DNA of 64,000 nucleotides from Deltaproteobacteria bacterium (lineage in GTDB: Bacteria > Myxococcota_A > Polyangia > Polyangiales > Houyiibacteriaceae). Each line of letters opens with the position of its first letter. Position 1 is the stretch's first letter. Shown one piece after another: positions 8,265 to 18,295 of the stretch. Below the pieces are notes generated by a model. It was not told the DNA's origin and did not search any database. It was given only the letters and a program-made list of their open reading frames with translations. The stretch spans positions 32,001 to 96,000 of the forward strand of contig JAXMNT010000026.1 of NCBI GenBank assembly GCA_034670305.1. The letters run 5' to 3'. Both the position numbers and the translations under genes were made by a program.

Positions 8265-8657
8265 GTGCCCGTGCCCGTGCCCGTGCCCTTGCCCTTGCCC
8301 TCGAGTGAAGCCTTCGGCGTCGGCATCGGCTTCGGCATCGGCTTCGGCGTCGCCTTCGGCGTCGGCTTCGGCGTCGCCTTCGGCATCGGCATCGGCTTCG
8401 GCATCGGCGTCGGCTTCGGCGTCGGCATCGGCTTCGGCTTCGGCGTCGGCTTCGGCGTCGGCATCGGCTTCGGCGTCGGCATCGGCGTCGGCTTCGGCGT
8501 CGGCTTCGGCGTCGGCTTCGGCTTCGGCGTCGGCTTCGGCGTCGGCATCGGCGTCGGCTTCCGCTCCGTCCGCTTCCGCCTCCGCCACCGCGTCCGCCAC
8601 CGCCACCGCGTCCACTTCCGCGTCGCTCCCGCTCCCCGCGTCCGCTTCCGCTTCCGA
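8265..8657 (+). repeat. Compound hexamer array: (GTGCCC/TTGCCC)6, (TCGGCN) x about 41, (TCCGCN) x about 16 (array C)
   Basis: Near-continuous 6-nt period over about 390 bp, abutting the TAG of the minus-strand gene at 8658. Confidence 0.95.
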
Positions 8658-9806
8658 CTACCAGGTGATGGTCACGCTGCCCGGTTCGCCTACGTTGCCC
8701 GCGGTGCCGGTGGTCTCTCCGAAGCCGCCGGCCGTGCTGCCCAGCCCGCCGGCCCCGTCGGACGCGGTGCCGAGGAATCCGCCGACCCCGCCCACACCCG
8801 GCACACCACCCGCGCCGCCGGCCGGGGCGAGCGCTCGAATGATGCCTGTCCCCGCCGTGTTCTCCACGGGACCGCCGGCCGCACCGCCGTCTCCGCCGTC
8901 GCCGCCGCGCACCGCGGCAAGTGCCACCACATCGCACGGACGGATGACCAAGGTCGCACCGCCACCGCCACCGCTGCCGCCCGATCCACCCGTCGCCGCT
9001 TGTCGGTCGGGCGTGTTCGTGCCGCCGCCGGTGGTGCCGCCGCTGCCGGGTCCCGCGCCATGTCCGCCCACACCTGCGGGTCCGCCAGGTCCACCGAAGT
9101 ACCCCGCGCCGCTCATGTTCGCGTTGCGGCCCGGCTGTCCGCCGGCGCCACCGTAGCCAGTGCGGATCGTGAGGCGCTCGCCGGGCACCACCGAGACCGT
9201 CTCCGTCGCCGACGGCCGCGCTTCGCCATCGGCGCCGGGGTTGCCGACCACCCGCTGGGCGCCGCCGCGACCGATGCTGTAGCCGCCCCCGCCACCGCCG
9301 CCGCCACCGCCGCCGAACACGGTGATGGTGATCGAACAGACTCCGTCGGGCACGACGAACTCGAGGTCTTCGTTGGCCGGCGCGATCTCGATCGAGCCAG
9401 TAGGCGGGTCGTCGCACACCGGTGCGCCGGCGTCTGGGCTGCAGGTGCTGGCGTCCATCGGCGCGTCGATGCCGCCGTCCAGATCCGCGTCCATCTCCAT
9501 CCCGGCGTCCAGGTCGTCCGCGTCCATGAACCCGCCGTCCATGTCGACCGCGCCGTCCATCTCGACCGACGCGTCGTCGAATGCGCCGTCGGCGACATCG
9601 CTGTCGCGGTCCATGGCGCCGTCCGCCCGCGGTGGCGCGTCGGTGCCCGCGTCCCGGGGGGTCGCGGCGTCGAGGCCGCCATCGACCGTTCCGCCGCCGG
9701 CGTCCACGCCCGCATCCACGCCCCCGCCGGTGTCGTCGTCTCCGCACGCCAACGCGCCGACCAGACACAACACCCACGTCAGCTGAACCAGCTTCGTTCC
9801 TCGCAT
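8658..9806 (-). CDS. Gly-rich surface lipoprotein
   Basis: Lipobox [14 protein letters not shown] acidic linker, and glycine-rich domain motifs FVVPDGV..ITV.GGGGGG, V.PGE.LTI and GSVTITW. Confidence 0.8.
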   Translation of the reverse strand: MRGTKLVQLTWVLCLVGALACGDDDTGGGVDAGVDAGGGTVDGGLDAATPRDAGTDAPPRADGAMDRDSDVADGAFDDASVEMDGAVDMDGGFMDADDLDAGMEMDADLDGGIDAPMDASTCSPDAGAPVCDDPPTGSIEIAPANEDLEFVVPDGVCSITITVFGGGGGGGGGGGYSIGRGGAQRVVGNPGADGEARPSATETVSVVPGERLTIRTGYGGAGGQPGRNANMSGAGYFGGPGGPAGVGGHGAGPGSGGTTGGGTNTPDRQAATGGSGGSGGGGGATLVIRPCDVVALAAVRGGDGGDGGAAGGPVENTAGTGIIRALAPAGGAGGVPGVGGVGGFLGTASDGAGGLGSTAGGFGETTGTAGNVGEPGSVTITW

Positions 9807-9918
9807 CCTCAACCCCCTACAAGCCAACCCGTCCGGCCTCGTTCCTCTGCGCTGGAGCCCACCGCGGGTGCCGCGTGAGTGTATCAATGAGGCCGGAGGA
9901 TCGCGACCGACCCCCGCC

Positions 9919-12273
9919 CTACTCCTCCGCGGCTGCGCGTTCCTCGCGCGCGCGCCGCTGGGCCTCGATCGCCCAGTACACCGCTTCGGGTGTCGAGGGA
10001 CACGCGACGTCGACGCGTTCCGCGCCGCTTCCGAACGCCGCCACCGCGGCGCGGATCGCTTCGCGTGCGCTGAGCGCGAGCATCAACGGAGGTTCGCCGA
10101 CGGCTTTGCTGCCGCCGATGACCGTCGGTTCGGTCGCCCGCGGCATGAGCTCCACGTGAAACGCCTCCGGGCATTCGCCGAGGGTCGGCAACTTGTACGT
10201 GCTCGCCCCGCGGGTGCCGAGCCGGCCGGTCTTCGCATCCCACACGAGCTCTTCGCGGGTGAGCCAACCGAGGCCTTGCATGAAGCCGCCTTCGACCTGG
10301 CCGCGGTCGACGAGCGGCGAGAGCGAGTCGCCGACGTCGTGCAGAATGTCGACGCGTCGAACGTCGTACTGGCCGGTGAATCCATCGACTTCGACCTCGG
10401 TCACCGCCGCGCCGTACGCGAAGTAGTGGAAGGGTTTGCCGACGCCTTTGGCTTCGTCGTAGTGGATGTTCGGGGTGCGGTAGTAGCCGGTCGCGAAGAG
10501 CCGCACCCGCTGCAGGTACGCGGTCTTGGCGATCTCGCCGAAGGACTTCTTCTCGGACGCGCGCCCGACCGGATGCACGAAGCCGGCGCTGAAGACGATG
10601 TCATGTGCGGCGCATCCGAAGAGCGCACCCGCCACGCCCGCCAGTCGTTCACGGATCGCGTCGCACGCGTCCCGCACCGCCGCGCCGTTGAGATCGGTCC
10701 CGCTCGACGCCGCCGTGGCACTGGTGTTCGGCACCTTGTCGGTGCGGGTCGGCATCATGCGGATCGCCGGAAGGTCCACGCCGAGCGCGTCCGCCGCGAT
10801 CTGCAGCATCTTCGTGTGCAGCCCCTGGCCCATCTCGGTGCCGCCGTGGTTAAGCTGCACCGAGCCATCCGCGTACAGCAGGACGAGCGCGCCCGCCTGG
10901 TTGAAGAACGCGGTGGTGAAAGAGATCCCGAACTTCACCGGCGTGATCGCGAGGCCGCGCTTCTTGTGCGGGTGGATCGCATTGAACGCTTCGATCGCTG
11001 CCAGCCGCGCCTCGAACTCGGACGACTGCGTGAGGCTCTGCCAGATGTCGCGCGCCCGCCCGGCGTCTTTGATCAACATGCCGTAGTGGGCGTGGTCCCC
11101 TTCTTCGATCAGGTTCGCCGCGCGCACGACGTGCGGCGCCAAACCGGTGGCGCGCGCGATGCGGTCCATGATCTCTTCGATCACGACCATGCCCTGCGGG
11201 CCGCCGAATCCGCGGAACGCGGTCTGCGAGGTCTTGTGGGTTTTGCAGACCCGGCCGCGGACCCGCACGCTCGGCAGCTTGTAGGCGTTGTCGACGTGGA
11301 ACATCGCGCGGAAGAGCACCGGCTTGCTCAGGTCGAGGCTCCAGCCGCCGTCGCTGAACAGCTCGATGTCCGCTGCGAGCAAACGGCCGTCCTCCGCGAA
11401 CGCCACGTCGTAGCGGCCGAGGAAGGGATGGCGTTTGCCGGTCATCACCATGTCGCGCTGACGGTCGAGCCGGAGCCGCACGGGCCGCCCGGTCTTCACC
11501 GCGCCGAGCGCGGCCACGCACGCCCAGAGGTTGGCCTGCACTTCTTTGCCGCCGAACGCGCCACCCATCCGGAGCGACTGGCAGGTGACCGCGTGTTTCG
11601 GGACCTCGAGCACGCGCGCCACGATCGCCTGGGTCTCGGTCGGGTGCTGGGTGCTCGCGTGCACCATCACCTGGCCGGACTCGTCCAGGTAGACGAGCGC
11701 CGCCTGCGACTCCAGGTAGAAGTGTTCCTGACCGCCGACGAACACCTCGCCGCTGAGCCGCTCGCCCGCCGAGAGCGCCGCCTGCAAGTTCTCGGCGCCG
11801 TCCGCGAGCCGCTCGATCGTCAGCGCTTCGGTGTGAAAGCTCTCGTGTGCGATCGCGGCTTCGATGCTCAAGATCGGATCGAGCGCTTCGACCTCGACGG
11901 CGACCTTCGCCGCGGCTTGGCGTGCTTCGGGTTCGGATTCGGCGAGCACCCACGCGACGGCCTGTCCATGGAACTGGACGACCGCCGGGAACATGTCTTC
12001 GTCCAGCGTCGCGGCGCCGATGTTGGCATCCGGCGCGTCGTCGCGCGTGAGCACGGTGGCGACGCCGGGCATCGCGAGCGCGGCGGACGCGTCGACCGAC
12101 ACGACCCGCGCGTGGGCGACGTCGACGCACACCGGCCAGGCGTGCAGCACGTTCGCCATGCGGGGTGCGATGTCGTCGGTGTAGAGCGCGGCGCCGGTGA
12201 CGTGCTCGGCGGCGGACTCGTGCGGGATCGCGAGACCCACCTGTCGTTTCTTCGTGATCGCGCCGGAAGTCAT
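9919..12273 (-). CDS. xdhB: Xanthine dehydrogenase molybdopterin-binding subunit
   Basis: HESA..HVTG.A.YTDD, GGQEHFYLE, RMGGAFGGKE, AFRGFGGPQG, GGTEMGQGL, SKAVGEPP. ATG 12273 overlaps the xdhA stop. Confidence 0.95.
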   Translation of the reverse strand: MTSGAITKKRQVGLAIPHESAAEHVTGAALYTDDIAPRMANVLHAWPVCVDVAHARVVSVDASAALAMPGVATVLTRDDAPDANIGAATLDEDMFPAVVQFHGQAVAWVLAESEPEARQAAAKVAVEVEALDPILSIEAAIAHESFHTEALTIERLADGAENLQAALSAGERLSGEVFVGGQEHFYLESQAALVYLDESGQVMVHASTQHPTETQAIVARVLEVPKHAVTCQSLRMGGAFGGKEVQANLWACVAALGAVKTGRPVRLRLDRQRDMVMTGKRHPFLGRYDVAFAEDGRLLAADIELFSDGGWSLDLSKPVLFRAMFHVDNAYKLPSVRVRGRVCKTHKTSQTAFRGFGGPQGMVVIEEIMDRIARATGLAPHVVRAANLIEEGDHAHYGMLIKDAGRARDIWQSLTQSSEFEARLAAIEAFNAIHPHKKRGLAITPVKFGISFTTAFFNQAGALVLLYADGSVQLNHGGTEMGQGLHTKMLQIAADALGVDLPAIRMMPTRTDKVPNTSATAASSGTDLNGAAVRDACDAIRERLAGVAGALFGCAAHDIVFSAGFVHPVGRASEKKSFGEIAKTAYLQRVRLFATGYYRTPNIHYDEAKGVGKPFHYFAYGAAVTEVEVDGFTGQYDVRRVDILHDVGDSLSPLVDRGQVEGGFMQGLGWLTREELVWDAKTGRLGTRGASTYKLPTLGECPEAFHVELMPRATEPTVIGGSKAVGEPPLMLALSAREAIRAAVAAFGSGAERVDVACPSTPEAVYWAIEAQRRAREERAAAEE

Positions 12274-13667
12274 TCTGCCGCCTCCGGATGCGCCTCGTGC
12301 GCGAGTTTGAGGATGAGCTGAGAGACCATCGCGGCGCGGTAGCGCGCGCTGCCTCGGTGGTCGTCGATGGGCGTGAAGGCCGTCTCGAGCAAGGGCACCA
12401 CGTCGGCCAGCGCGCTCGGATCGAGTGGTTTTCCAACCAGCGCGGCCTGCGCCGCGTGCGCGCACATCGGAGTCGCGGCGACCCCGCCGTAGGCGAGCCG
12501 CGCTTTGGTGATCAGACCGCCATCGGTCCAGAGCGCGAAGCCCGCGGCGACGGTCGAGATGTCGTCGAGGATGCGCTTGGACACCTTGAAGAAGCGCTGC
12601 ACGTCCGGGAAGGGTTTGGGCACGATCACCGAGCGCACGATCTCGCCCGGCTCGAGCTGGGTCTTGCGGTAGGCGGAGAAGAACCCGTCGAGCGGCACCG
12701 TCCGCTCGCCGCCTTTGCGCGCCAGCACGAGTGACGCATCGAGCGCGAGGAGCGCCGGTGGTCCATCGCCGATCGGCGACGCGTTCACGAGGTTGCCGCC
12801 GAAGGTCGCGCGGTTGCGAATCAACCTGCTGCTGAAGAGCGGGAAGAGTTCGTCGAGCATCGGAAGGCGGCCGTGCAGCGCTTCTTCCAGGAACGCGAGC
12901 GGCTCCCCGGCACCGAGCACGAGCGCGTCGGCGGTCTCTTCGAAGCCGCGCAGCTCGCCGATCGCGTCCAGCGCGACCAGATGATCGAACCGCCGGTCCA
13001 TCTGGTTGACCTCGACGACCACGTCGGTGCCGCCGCCCACGAGTTTCGCGTCGGGCGATGCCTCGAGCAGATCGAAGAGCTCCGCAAGGGTGGTCGGCCG
13101 ATCGAAGCGCACCCCCGAATGTTCGGTGCGCAGGCTCGGGACCTCGAGCGCGGGCGACGCGAGCCGCTTCTGGTGCGGGTCCGCCTCCGACGGAGTTCGA
13201 AGCGAGACGAGCGCCTCCCGAATCGGGCGGTACCCAGTGCAGCGACAGAGGTTGCCGCCGATGGACTCGAGATCCGGTTCGCCCTCGACGCGGCCGTCCC
13301 GGTAGAACTCCGCGAACATGCTGACGACGAAACCCGGCGTGCAGTAGCCGCACTGCGAACCGCCGCGCTCGACCATCGCCGCCTGCACCGGATGGAGGGC
13401 CGACGGGTCCTTCGCGATGCCTTCGACCGTCACGACCTCTTCGCCATGCACCGATGCGGTGAGCATCAGACACGCGTTCATCGGGACGTAGCGGGTCTTG
13501 CCGTCCGGTCCGGTGCGCACGAGCGCCACCGCGCACGCGCCACACTCGCCTTCGGCGCAGCCTTCTTTGGTGCCGGTCCAGCCGCGGTCGCGGAGGAAGT
13601 GAAGAAGAGGAAGGTGGGGGTCGACGTCTGTCTCGATCGCCTCACCGTTGAGTCGGAACCGGATCAT
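12270..13667 (-). CDS. xdhA: Xanthine dehydrogenase small (FeS/FAD) subunit
   Basis: GTKEGCAEGECGAC, QCGYCTPG, GNLCRCTGY, GGGTD, NASPIGD, KVSKR..DDIS. Confidence 0.95.
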   Translation of the reverse strand: MIRFRLNGEAIETDVDPHLPLLHFLRDRGWTGTKEGCAEGECGACAVALVRTGPDGKTRYVPMNACLMLTASVHGEEVVTVEGIAKDPSALHPVQAAMVERGGSQCGYCTPGFVVSMFAEFYRDGRVEGEPDLESIGGNLCRCTGYRPIREALVSLRTPSEADPHQKRLASPALEVPSLRTEHSGVRFDRPTTLAELFDLLEASPDAKLVGGGTDVVVEVNQMDRRFDHLVALDAIGELRGFEETADALVLGAGEPLAFLEEALHGRLPMLDELFPLFSSRLIRNRATFGGNLVNASPIGDGPPALLALDASLVLARKGGERTVPLDGFFSAYRKTQLEPGEIVRSVIVPKPFPDVQRFFKVSKRILDDISTVAAGFALWTDGGLITKARLAYGGVAATPMCAHAAQAALVGKPLDPSALADVVPLLETAFTPIDDHRGSARYRAAMVSQLILKLAHEAHPEAAE

Positions 13668-13861
13668 GGACCGACGACCTTAGCGCAGCCTCGCGATCGG
13701 TCGAAGCCGATTCCTGGTCGGCCTCCCTCGCGCCACGTGCGCTCCACGAACCGTCTCGCGAAGCGCGGTCGCGAACGACGAGACAGTCGACTGCTGATGA
13801 AGTCGCACACGAACCATCTGAGTGCCGTCTGCCGCGCCAGCCGGTGCAGGGCGGCCGAGCG

Positions 13862-15304
13862 TCAGCTGCTCAAGAAGACGTACGCGAGCAGACCGAAGGC
13901 CGCGACCATCACCGGCCAGAGCAGCCAGTAGTAGGTCTCCACCTTCTCGTCGGTGAGACTCAGCCGGCCGACTTCTTCCTCAGGCGCGTCTTCTTCCGCA
14001 TCGGAGTCCAGGGGAGCCGCGGGCGACTGTGGCGCGGCGGCGGGGGCAGCCGATGGGAACGCGGGGGCCGCGGCGAATGCGGGCGCGGACACAGGCTCGG
14101 CCGGGTCAGGCGACGAAACCGCCACGTCCACGACCACGGGTGCTTCGGCCACGCGCGGATCCCTGGGGTTGATCGTTTCGACCACTTCGACGACGGCGCC
14201 GGGCATCTCGGGTGGCGGACCCGGGTCGGTGATCCGCGATTCGACCGGAGGCGAGAACGTCGCGACCGCGGGTTTCGGGGAGGCCGCGGGCGGGCGTTCG
14301 CTCTGCCGCCGCGCCTCTCGAGCCACATCCGTGCCGGGGATGCCCATGATCGTCTTGGCCGCGCGGCGCGGGGGGGCGGGCGAAGCCGGCGGATCCTCGA
14401 AGTGCTCGGGCGGCTTGAAGTCCATGACCGTCGCCCACTCCTGCCGCTTGGAAGCGGTGGGAATCGGGAACGTGCCGGAGGTCTCGATGTGTTTGGCGGC
14501 GATGCGGGAGCGCTGCGCGCCGGTCGTCGCCATCAACACCCGGTCGAGGAAGTCGTCGAGGTTGGCCCAGCGCACGGTCGGAGTGTGGTCGAGCGCCGTC
14601 GCGACGATGTCCACGAGCGCGCGCGGCACGTAGGGTTCGGACGCCAACGAGCGGGCGTCGCCGCGCAACTTGGCGCCCATGCGGTCTTCGGAGGTCGCGC
14701 CGGCGAATGGAAGCTTCTCGGTCAGCAGCGTGAAGAGGACCGACGCGGCACTGAACACATCGGAGCGCGCATCCATCTGGCCGCGCTCGATCGTCTCGGG
14801 CGCACGCGCTTCGACCTGAGAGGTGGCCCCCTCTTTCCAGTCGAGCGGGAGCAATGCGTCGTAGGGCAGGGCGAACGCCCGGCCGGCGTCCGTGAGTACG
14901 ATGGCCTCGATGCCGAGCGGCAGCCCAACCACCCCTTGCTCGGCGAGCGCAGCAATGCCCGAGTAGGCCTCCACGAACATCACGATGCGGTCTCGAACGC
15001 TCTCAGGCATCGCCTCGGAGAACGGCGCTGCAGCTCCGTCGACCCCGTCGAGGACCGCGAACATCACGTCGTCGTACTGCTCGATCGCCCGGAGCGAGAT
15101 CAGGCTCGGGTGCCGCAGCTCCGTGAGCTGTCGCGCCTTGCGCGCCTCGTCGGTGTCCGGTTTGGGCAGCACCTCACACAGGGACACGTTCTCATACGTG
15201 CGGGTGTCGATCGCCGCGCGGTAGATGCCCTGTCCCCACGCCCGTTCGGCGAGCAGGTGGTACGGACCGACCACATCGCCGACGCTCAGACGATCTCTGG
15301 CCAT
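13862..15304 (-). CDS. Degenerate Ser/Thr kinase-like protein (pseudokinase) with Pro-rich linker and C-terminal TM helix
   Basis: Retains L.HP.L, APE, D.RSDVFS and LLT..LPF.G, but lacks GxGxxG, HRD and DFG. Confidence 0.65.
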   Translation of the reverse strand: MARDRLSVGDVVGPYHLLAERAWGQGIYRAAIDTRTYENVSLCEVLPKPDTDEARKARQLTELRHPSLISLRAIEQYDDVMFAVLDGVDGAAAPFSEAMPESVRDRIVMFVEAYSGIAALAEQGVVGLPLGIEAIVLTDAGRAFALPYDALLPLDWKEGATSQVEARAPETIERGQMDARSDVFSAASVLFTLLTEKLPFAGATSEDRMGAKLRGDARSLASEPYVPRALVDIVATALDHTPTVRWANLDDFLDRVLMATTGAQRSRIAAKHIETSGTFPIPTASKRQEWATVMDFKPPEHFEDPPASPAPPRRAAKTIMGIPGTDVAREARRQSERPPAASPKPAVATFSPPVESRITDPGPPPEMPGAVVEVVETINPRDPRVAEAPVVVDVAVSSPDPAEPVSAPAFAAAPAFPSAAPAAAPQSPAAPLDSDAEEDAPEEEVGRLSLTDEKVETYYWLLWPVMVAAFGLLAYVFLSS

Positions 15305-15530
15305 GGATCCCACACGCATGATTTGAAAAGAGCAGGATTCATGCCGCAAGTCGAAGGCGGAGGATCACCCCGCAGATCGCGGCCGTCCAGTCCTTCATTG
15401 GGGTTTCTGGTCCCCGGATGGAAAGCATTGCGTGGTCGGTTGGTGGCGACTGCCCTAGCCACCCCATTCCAAGTGGTTTTCAACGTGACTCTGGGATGCG
15501 TGACCACAAGCCCCATGGTAGATCGTTCAG

Positions 15531-17633
15531 GTGTCGAATGCGTTTCGAATGGGGTGGGTGATCGTCGCGGTGGGGCTCGGCGGCTGCCCAGGCGGTGACG
15601 GCGGATTCGTGATCGATACCGAGCAGCCCGACGGGTCGGTCGTGCCGCCCTACCGGCCGCCGCGTTGCGGGGATGCTGGGGTGGGGGACGCGTCCTGCTC
15701 GGACGCGGACATCGTCGTGCCCGAAGTCGACGCGGGACCGCCGCCGCCGCCGTGCAACGAAGTGACGTTCTCGTTCTCGGGCGAAGCGACCACGGTGTGG
15801 GTCAGTGGTTCGTGGCTCGCCGACAGCGACGGCGTCTGGCCGACCAACCCGAGCGAAGGCGCGCTCGAGCTCGTCGCGGACGGTGCCGGCTTTTCGCTCA
15901 CGACGTTGATCGAGCCGATCGAACGCCATGAGTACAAGTTCATCCTCGACGGCGCCGACTGGATCCCCGATCCCGACAACCCGAGCCGCACACCGGACGG
16001 CGTCGGCGGCGAGAACAGTGTGCTCGACGTCTGTGGGGCCGCATGTGGCGACGTCTCGGTCTTCGACTGGCGCGACGCCGTCATGTACTTCGCGATGGTC
16101 GATCGCTTCCGCGACTCGGATGGGTCGAGCGACGAGGTGAGCGGCGTCTCGGGCGGCGATGCGAGCCGCGGTCCGAGTGGACAGTACGAAGGCGGCGATC
16201 TGGCGGGCGTGACCGAACGGCTGCCGTACCTGGCGGACCTCGGCGTCACCGCCCTCTGGTTGTCGGCGCCCTACGAGAACCGGAACACCGCAGGCGAAGC
16301 GATCGATCCCGGATCGGATCCGCACACCTACAGCGCCTACCACGGGTACTGGCCGTCGCCGGCGAACATCGACTACAGCGACCCGCGCGCGCCCTCCCCG
16401 CGCCCACAGATCGAATCGCGCATCGGAAGCGAAGCGGATCTGCGCACCTTGGTGGAGACCGCGCACGGTACGACCGGCGCCGACGGCCACGGGCTCAAGG
16501 TGCTCTTCGACTACGTGATGAACCACGTCGACTCGGAGAGCGGGCTGTACGCCGCGCACCGCGACTGGTTCGCGACCGACCCGGGCATGGGCGGGCGCAT
16601 TCGAAGCTGCGGCCGCGAGAACCTCTGGGACGACCCATACTGGGGCACCCGCTGCGCGTTCACCGACTACCTCCCCCCCTTCGACTTCACGAACACCGAC
16701 GCCCGCCGATGGTCGATCGACGACGCGCTCTGGTGGGCGCGCGAGTTCGACATCGACGGGTACCGGCTCGACGCGATCAAACACGTGCCCTTCGAGTGGC
16801 TCACGGATCTGCGGGACCGTGTCGACGTCGAGTTCAGCGACCCGGCGGGCGAACGCTTCTACCTGGTCGGCGAGACCTTCGCGTACGACGACCAAGCACT
16901 GCTCGCGGCCTACGTCGATCCCGACGAGATGCTGGACGGGCAATTCGACTTCCCGCTCAAGGCGCGGCTCTGCGAAGCGGTCTTCCGCCCAGACGGGGAT
17001 CTGTCCGCGCTCGCGTCGTTCATGGACGGCAACGACACCTTCTACGGACCGAGCGCGATCATGACGACGTGGATCGGCAACCACGACATCCCGCGGGCGA
17101 TCCACTTCGCGAGCGGTGAGATCCCCAACTGCCGCGAAGGCTCGAACCCGGGCAACGGCTGGGACTGGGTCCCGAGCCAGCCTTCGGACGCCGCGCCCTA
17201 CGAACGGCTCGGGGTCGCGTTCGGCGTGCTCTTCACGAACCCGGGCGTGCCGCTCATCTACTACGGCGACGAGATCGGTCTCGCCGGTGGTGGCGACCCG
17301 GACAACCGGCGCACGATGCCGTGGGACGATGGATCGCTGAACGCGCATCAACGCGCGCTCCGGGATCTCGTCACGCGGCTCGGCCAAGTGCGGGCGCAGA
17401 ACCCCGTGCTCTCGCGCGGCCGACGCCGCACCCTCTCGAGCGCACGCGACACGTGGGTCTTCGCACGCAGCGGGTGCGACGACGAAGTGATCGTCGCCAT
17501 CAACCGCGCCGACTCCGCACAGAACGTGAACATTCCGGCGGCGAGCTACGACGAGCTGATCTCGGAGACGACCGTCGAAGGTGGATCGGTGCGTCTCGGG
17601 GCGCGAAGCCTGATGGTGCTGCGCGCCCGGTAG
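15531..17633 (+). CDS. GH13 alpha-amylase family lipoprotein with a CBM48/AMPK-like domain
   Basis: Lipobox LGGC; YKFILDG..W..DP.NP; YF.MVDRF, YHGYW, DGYRLDA, GETF, GNHD, YYGDEIG. Confidence 0.9.
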   Translation: MSNAFRMGWVIVAVGLGGCPGGDGGFVIDTEQPDGSVVPPYRPPRCGDAGVGDASCSDADIVVPEVDAGPPPPPCNEVTFSFSGEATTVWVSGSWLADSDGVWPTNPSEGALELVADGAGFSLTTLIEPIERHEYKFILDGADWIPDPDNPSRTPDGVGGENSVLDVCGAACGDVSVFDWRDAVMYFAMVDRFRDSDGSSDEVSGVSGGDASRGPSGQYEGGDLAGVTERLPYLADLGVTALWLSAPYENRNTAGEAIDPGSDPHTYSAYHGYWPSPANIDYSDPRAPSPRPQIESRIGSEADLRTLVETAHGTTGADGHGLKVLFDYVMNHVDSESGLYAAHRDWFATDPGMGGRIRSCGRENLWDDPYWGTRCAFTDYLPPFDFTNTDARRWSIDDALWWAREFDIDGYRLDAIKHVPFEWLTDLRDRVDVEFSDPAGERFYLVGETFAYDDQALLAAYVDPDEMLDGQFDFPLKARLCEAVFRPDGDLSALASFMDGNDTFYGPSAIMTTWIGNHDIPRAIHFASGEIPNCREGSNPGNGWDWVPSQPSDAAPYERLGVAFGVLFTNPGVPLIYYGDEIGLAGGGDPDNRRTMPWDDGSLNAHQRALRDLVTRLGQVRAQNPVLSRGRRRTLSSARDTWVFARSGCDDEVIVAINRADSAQNVNIPAASYDELISETTVEGGSVRLGARSLMVLRAR

Positions 17634-17800
17634 CACGGTCGCGCCCTGGCGGTCGCCCTGCGGTCGCGCTGATCGCGTTCGATCGCGGATCGGATCGGAT
17701 CGGGCACGAACACCGGCACGGGTCGGCGGTCGCGATCGCGCCCACTCCGTTCGCGCTCGATCGGGTCGCCTACCGGGCACACCGAGGGCACACTGTGCCC

Positions 17801-18295
17801 GTGACGACGCCTGACGCCGACCGGATCCGTGTGAGGGTGGAGACCGAGCCGACCGCAACGACGTGGACCGCCGATGTGGTGACCCGGCGCCCGCAGCGGA
17901 CCGCGATCGATCTGATCGCACTGGTGACCGCCACCGTGACCACCTTCATCCACTCCTGGGGCCGCGGCGTCGGGCTCTGGCTCGTGTGCCTGTGCGTCGC
18001 GGCGCTGATGGCGGCGCGACGCGTGTCGTCCAAGACCCGCGCCGCCAGAATCCGGCTCACCTCCGACACCCTTCACCTCGGCGGGTTGAAGATTCCGCGT
18101 GCGGAGATCACCGGCGCGTCGCTCCTGCCCGACGCGGTCGAAGGCGGAACGACGCTCGCCAAGGTCGAGCTGGTCGGCAACGATCAGAACTACGAGCTTC
18201 AGCTTCCCGAACCCGACGCACGCGCATTGCTCGACGCACTCGACCTCGACCCGGCCCAACGGAAGATGCGGGTGCGAGTCTCGAACACGGCATGA
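17801..18295 (+). CDS. Hypothetical membrane protein, possibly the N-terminal half of a split gene
   Basis: Two hydrophobic segments followed by a PH-like beta region; start codon uncertain. Confidence 0.5.
   Translation: MTTPDADRIRVRVETEPTATTWTADVVTRRPQRTAIDLIALVTATVTTFIHSWGRGVGLWLVCLCVAALMAARRVSSKTRAARIRLTSDTLHLGGLKIPRAEITGASLLPDAVEGGTTLAKVELVGNDQNYELQLPEPDARALLDALDLDPAQRKMRVRVSNTA

Noticed and set aside
6426-12321. Very long antisense ORFs (e.g. 6426-9878 +, 9868-12321 +, and many others)
   Set aside because: These are shadow ORFs typical of high-GC DNA, lying opposite genes with clear motifs.
9919-13545. 1208-aa fused xanthine dehydrogenase ORF
   Set aside because: The N-terminal 424 aa is an off-frame reading of xdhA; the real xdhB starts at ATG 12273, overlapping the xdhA stop.
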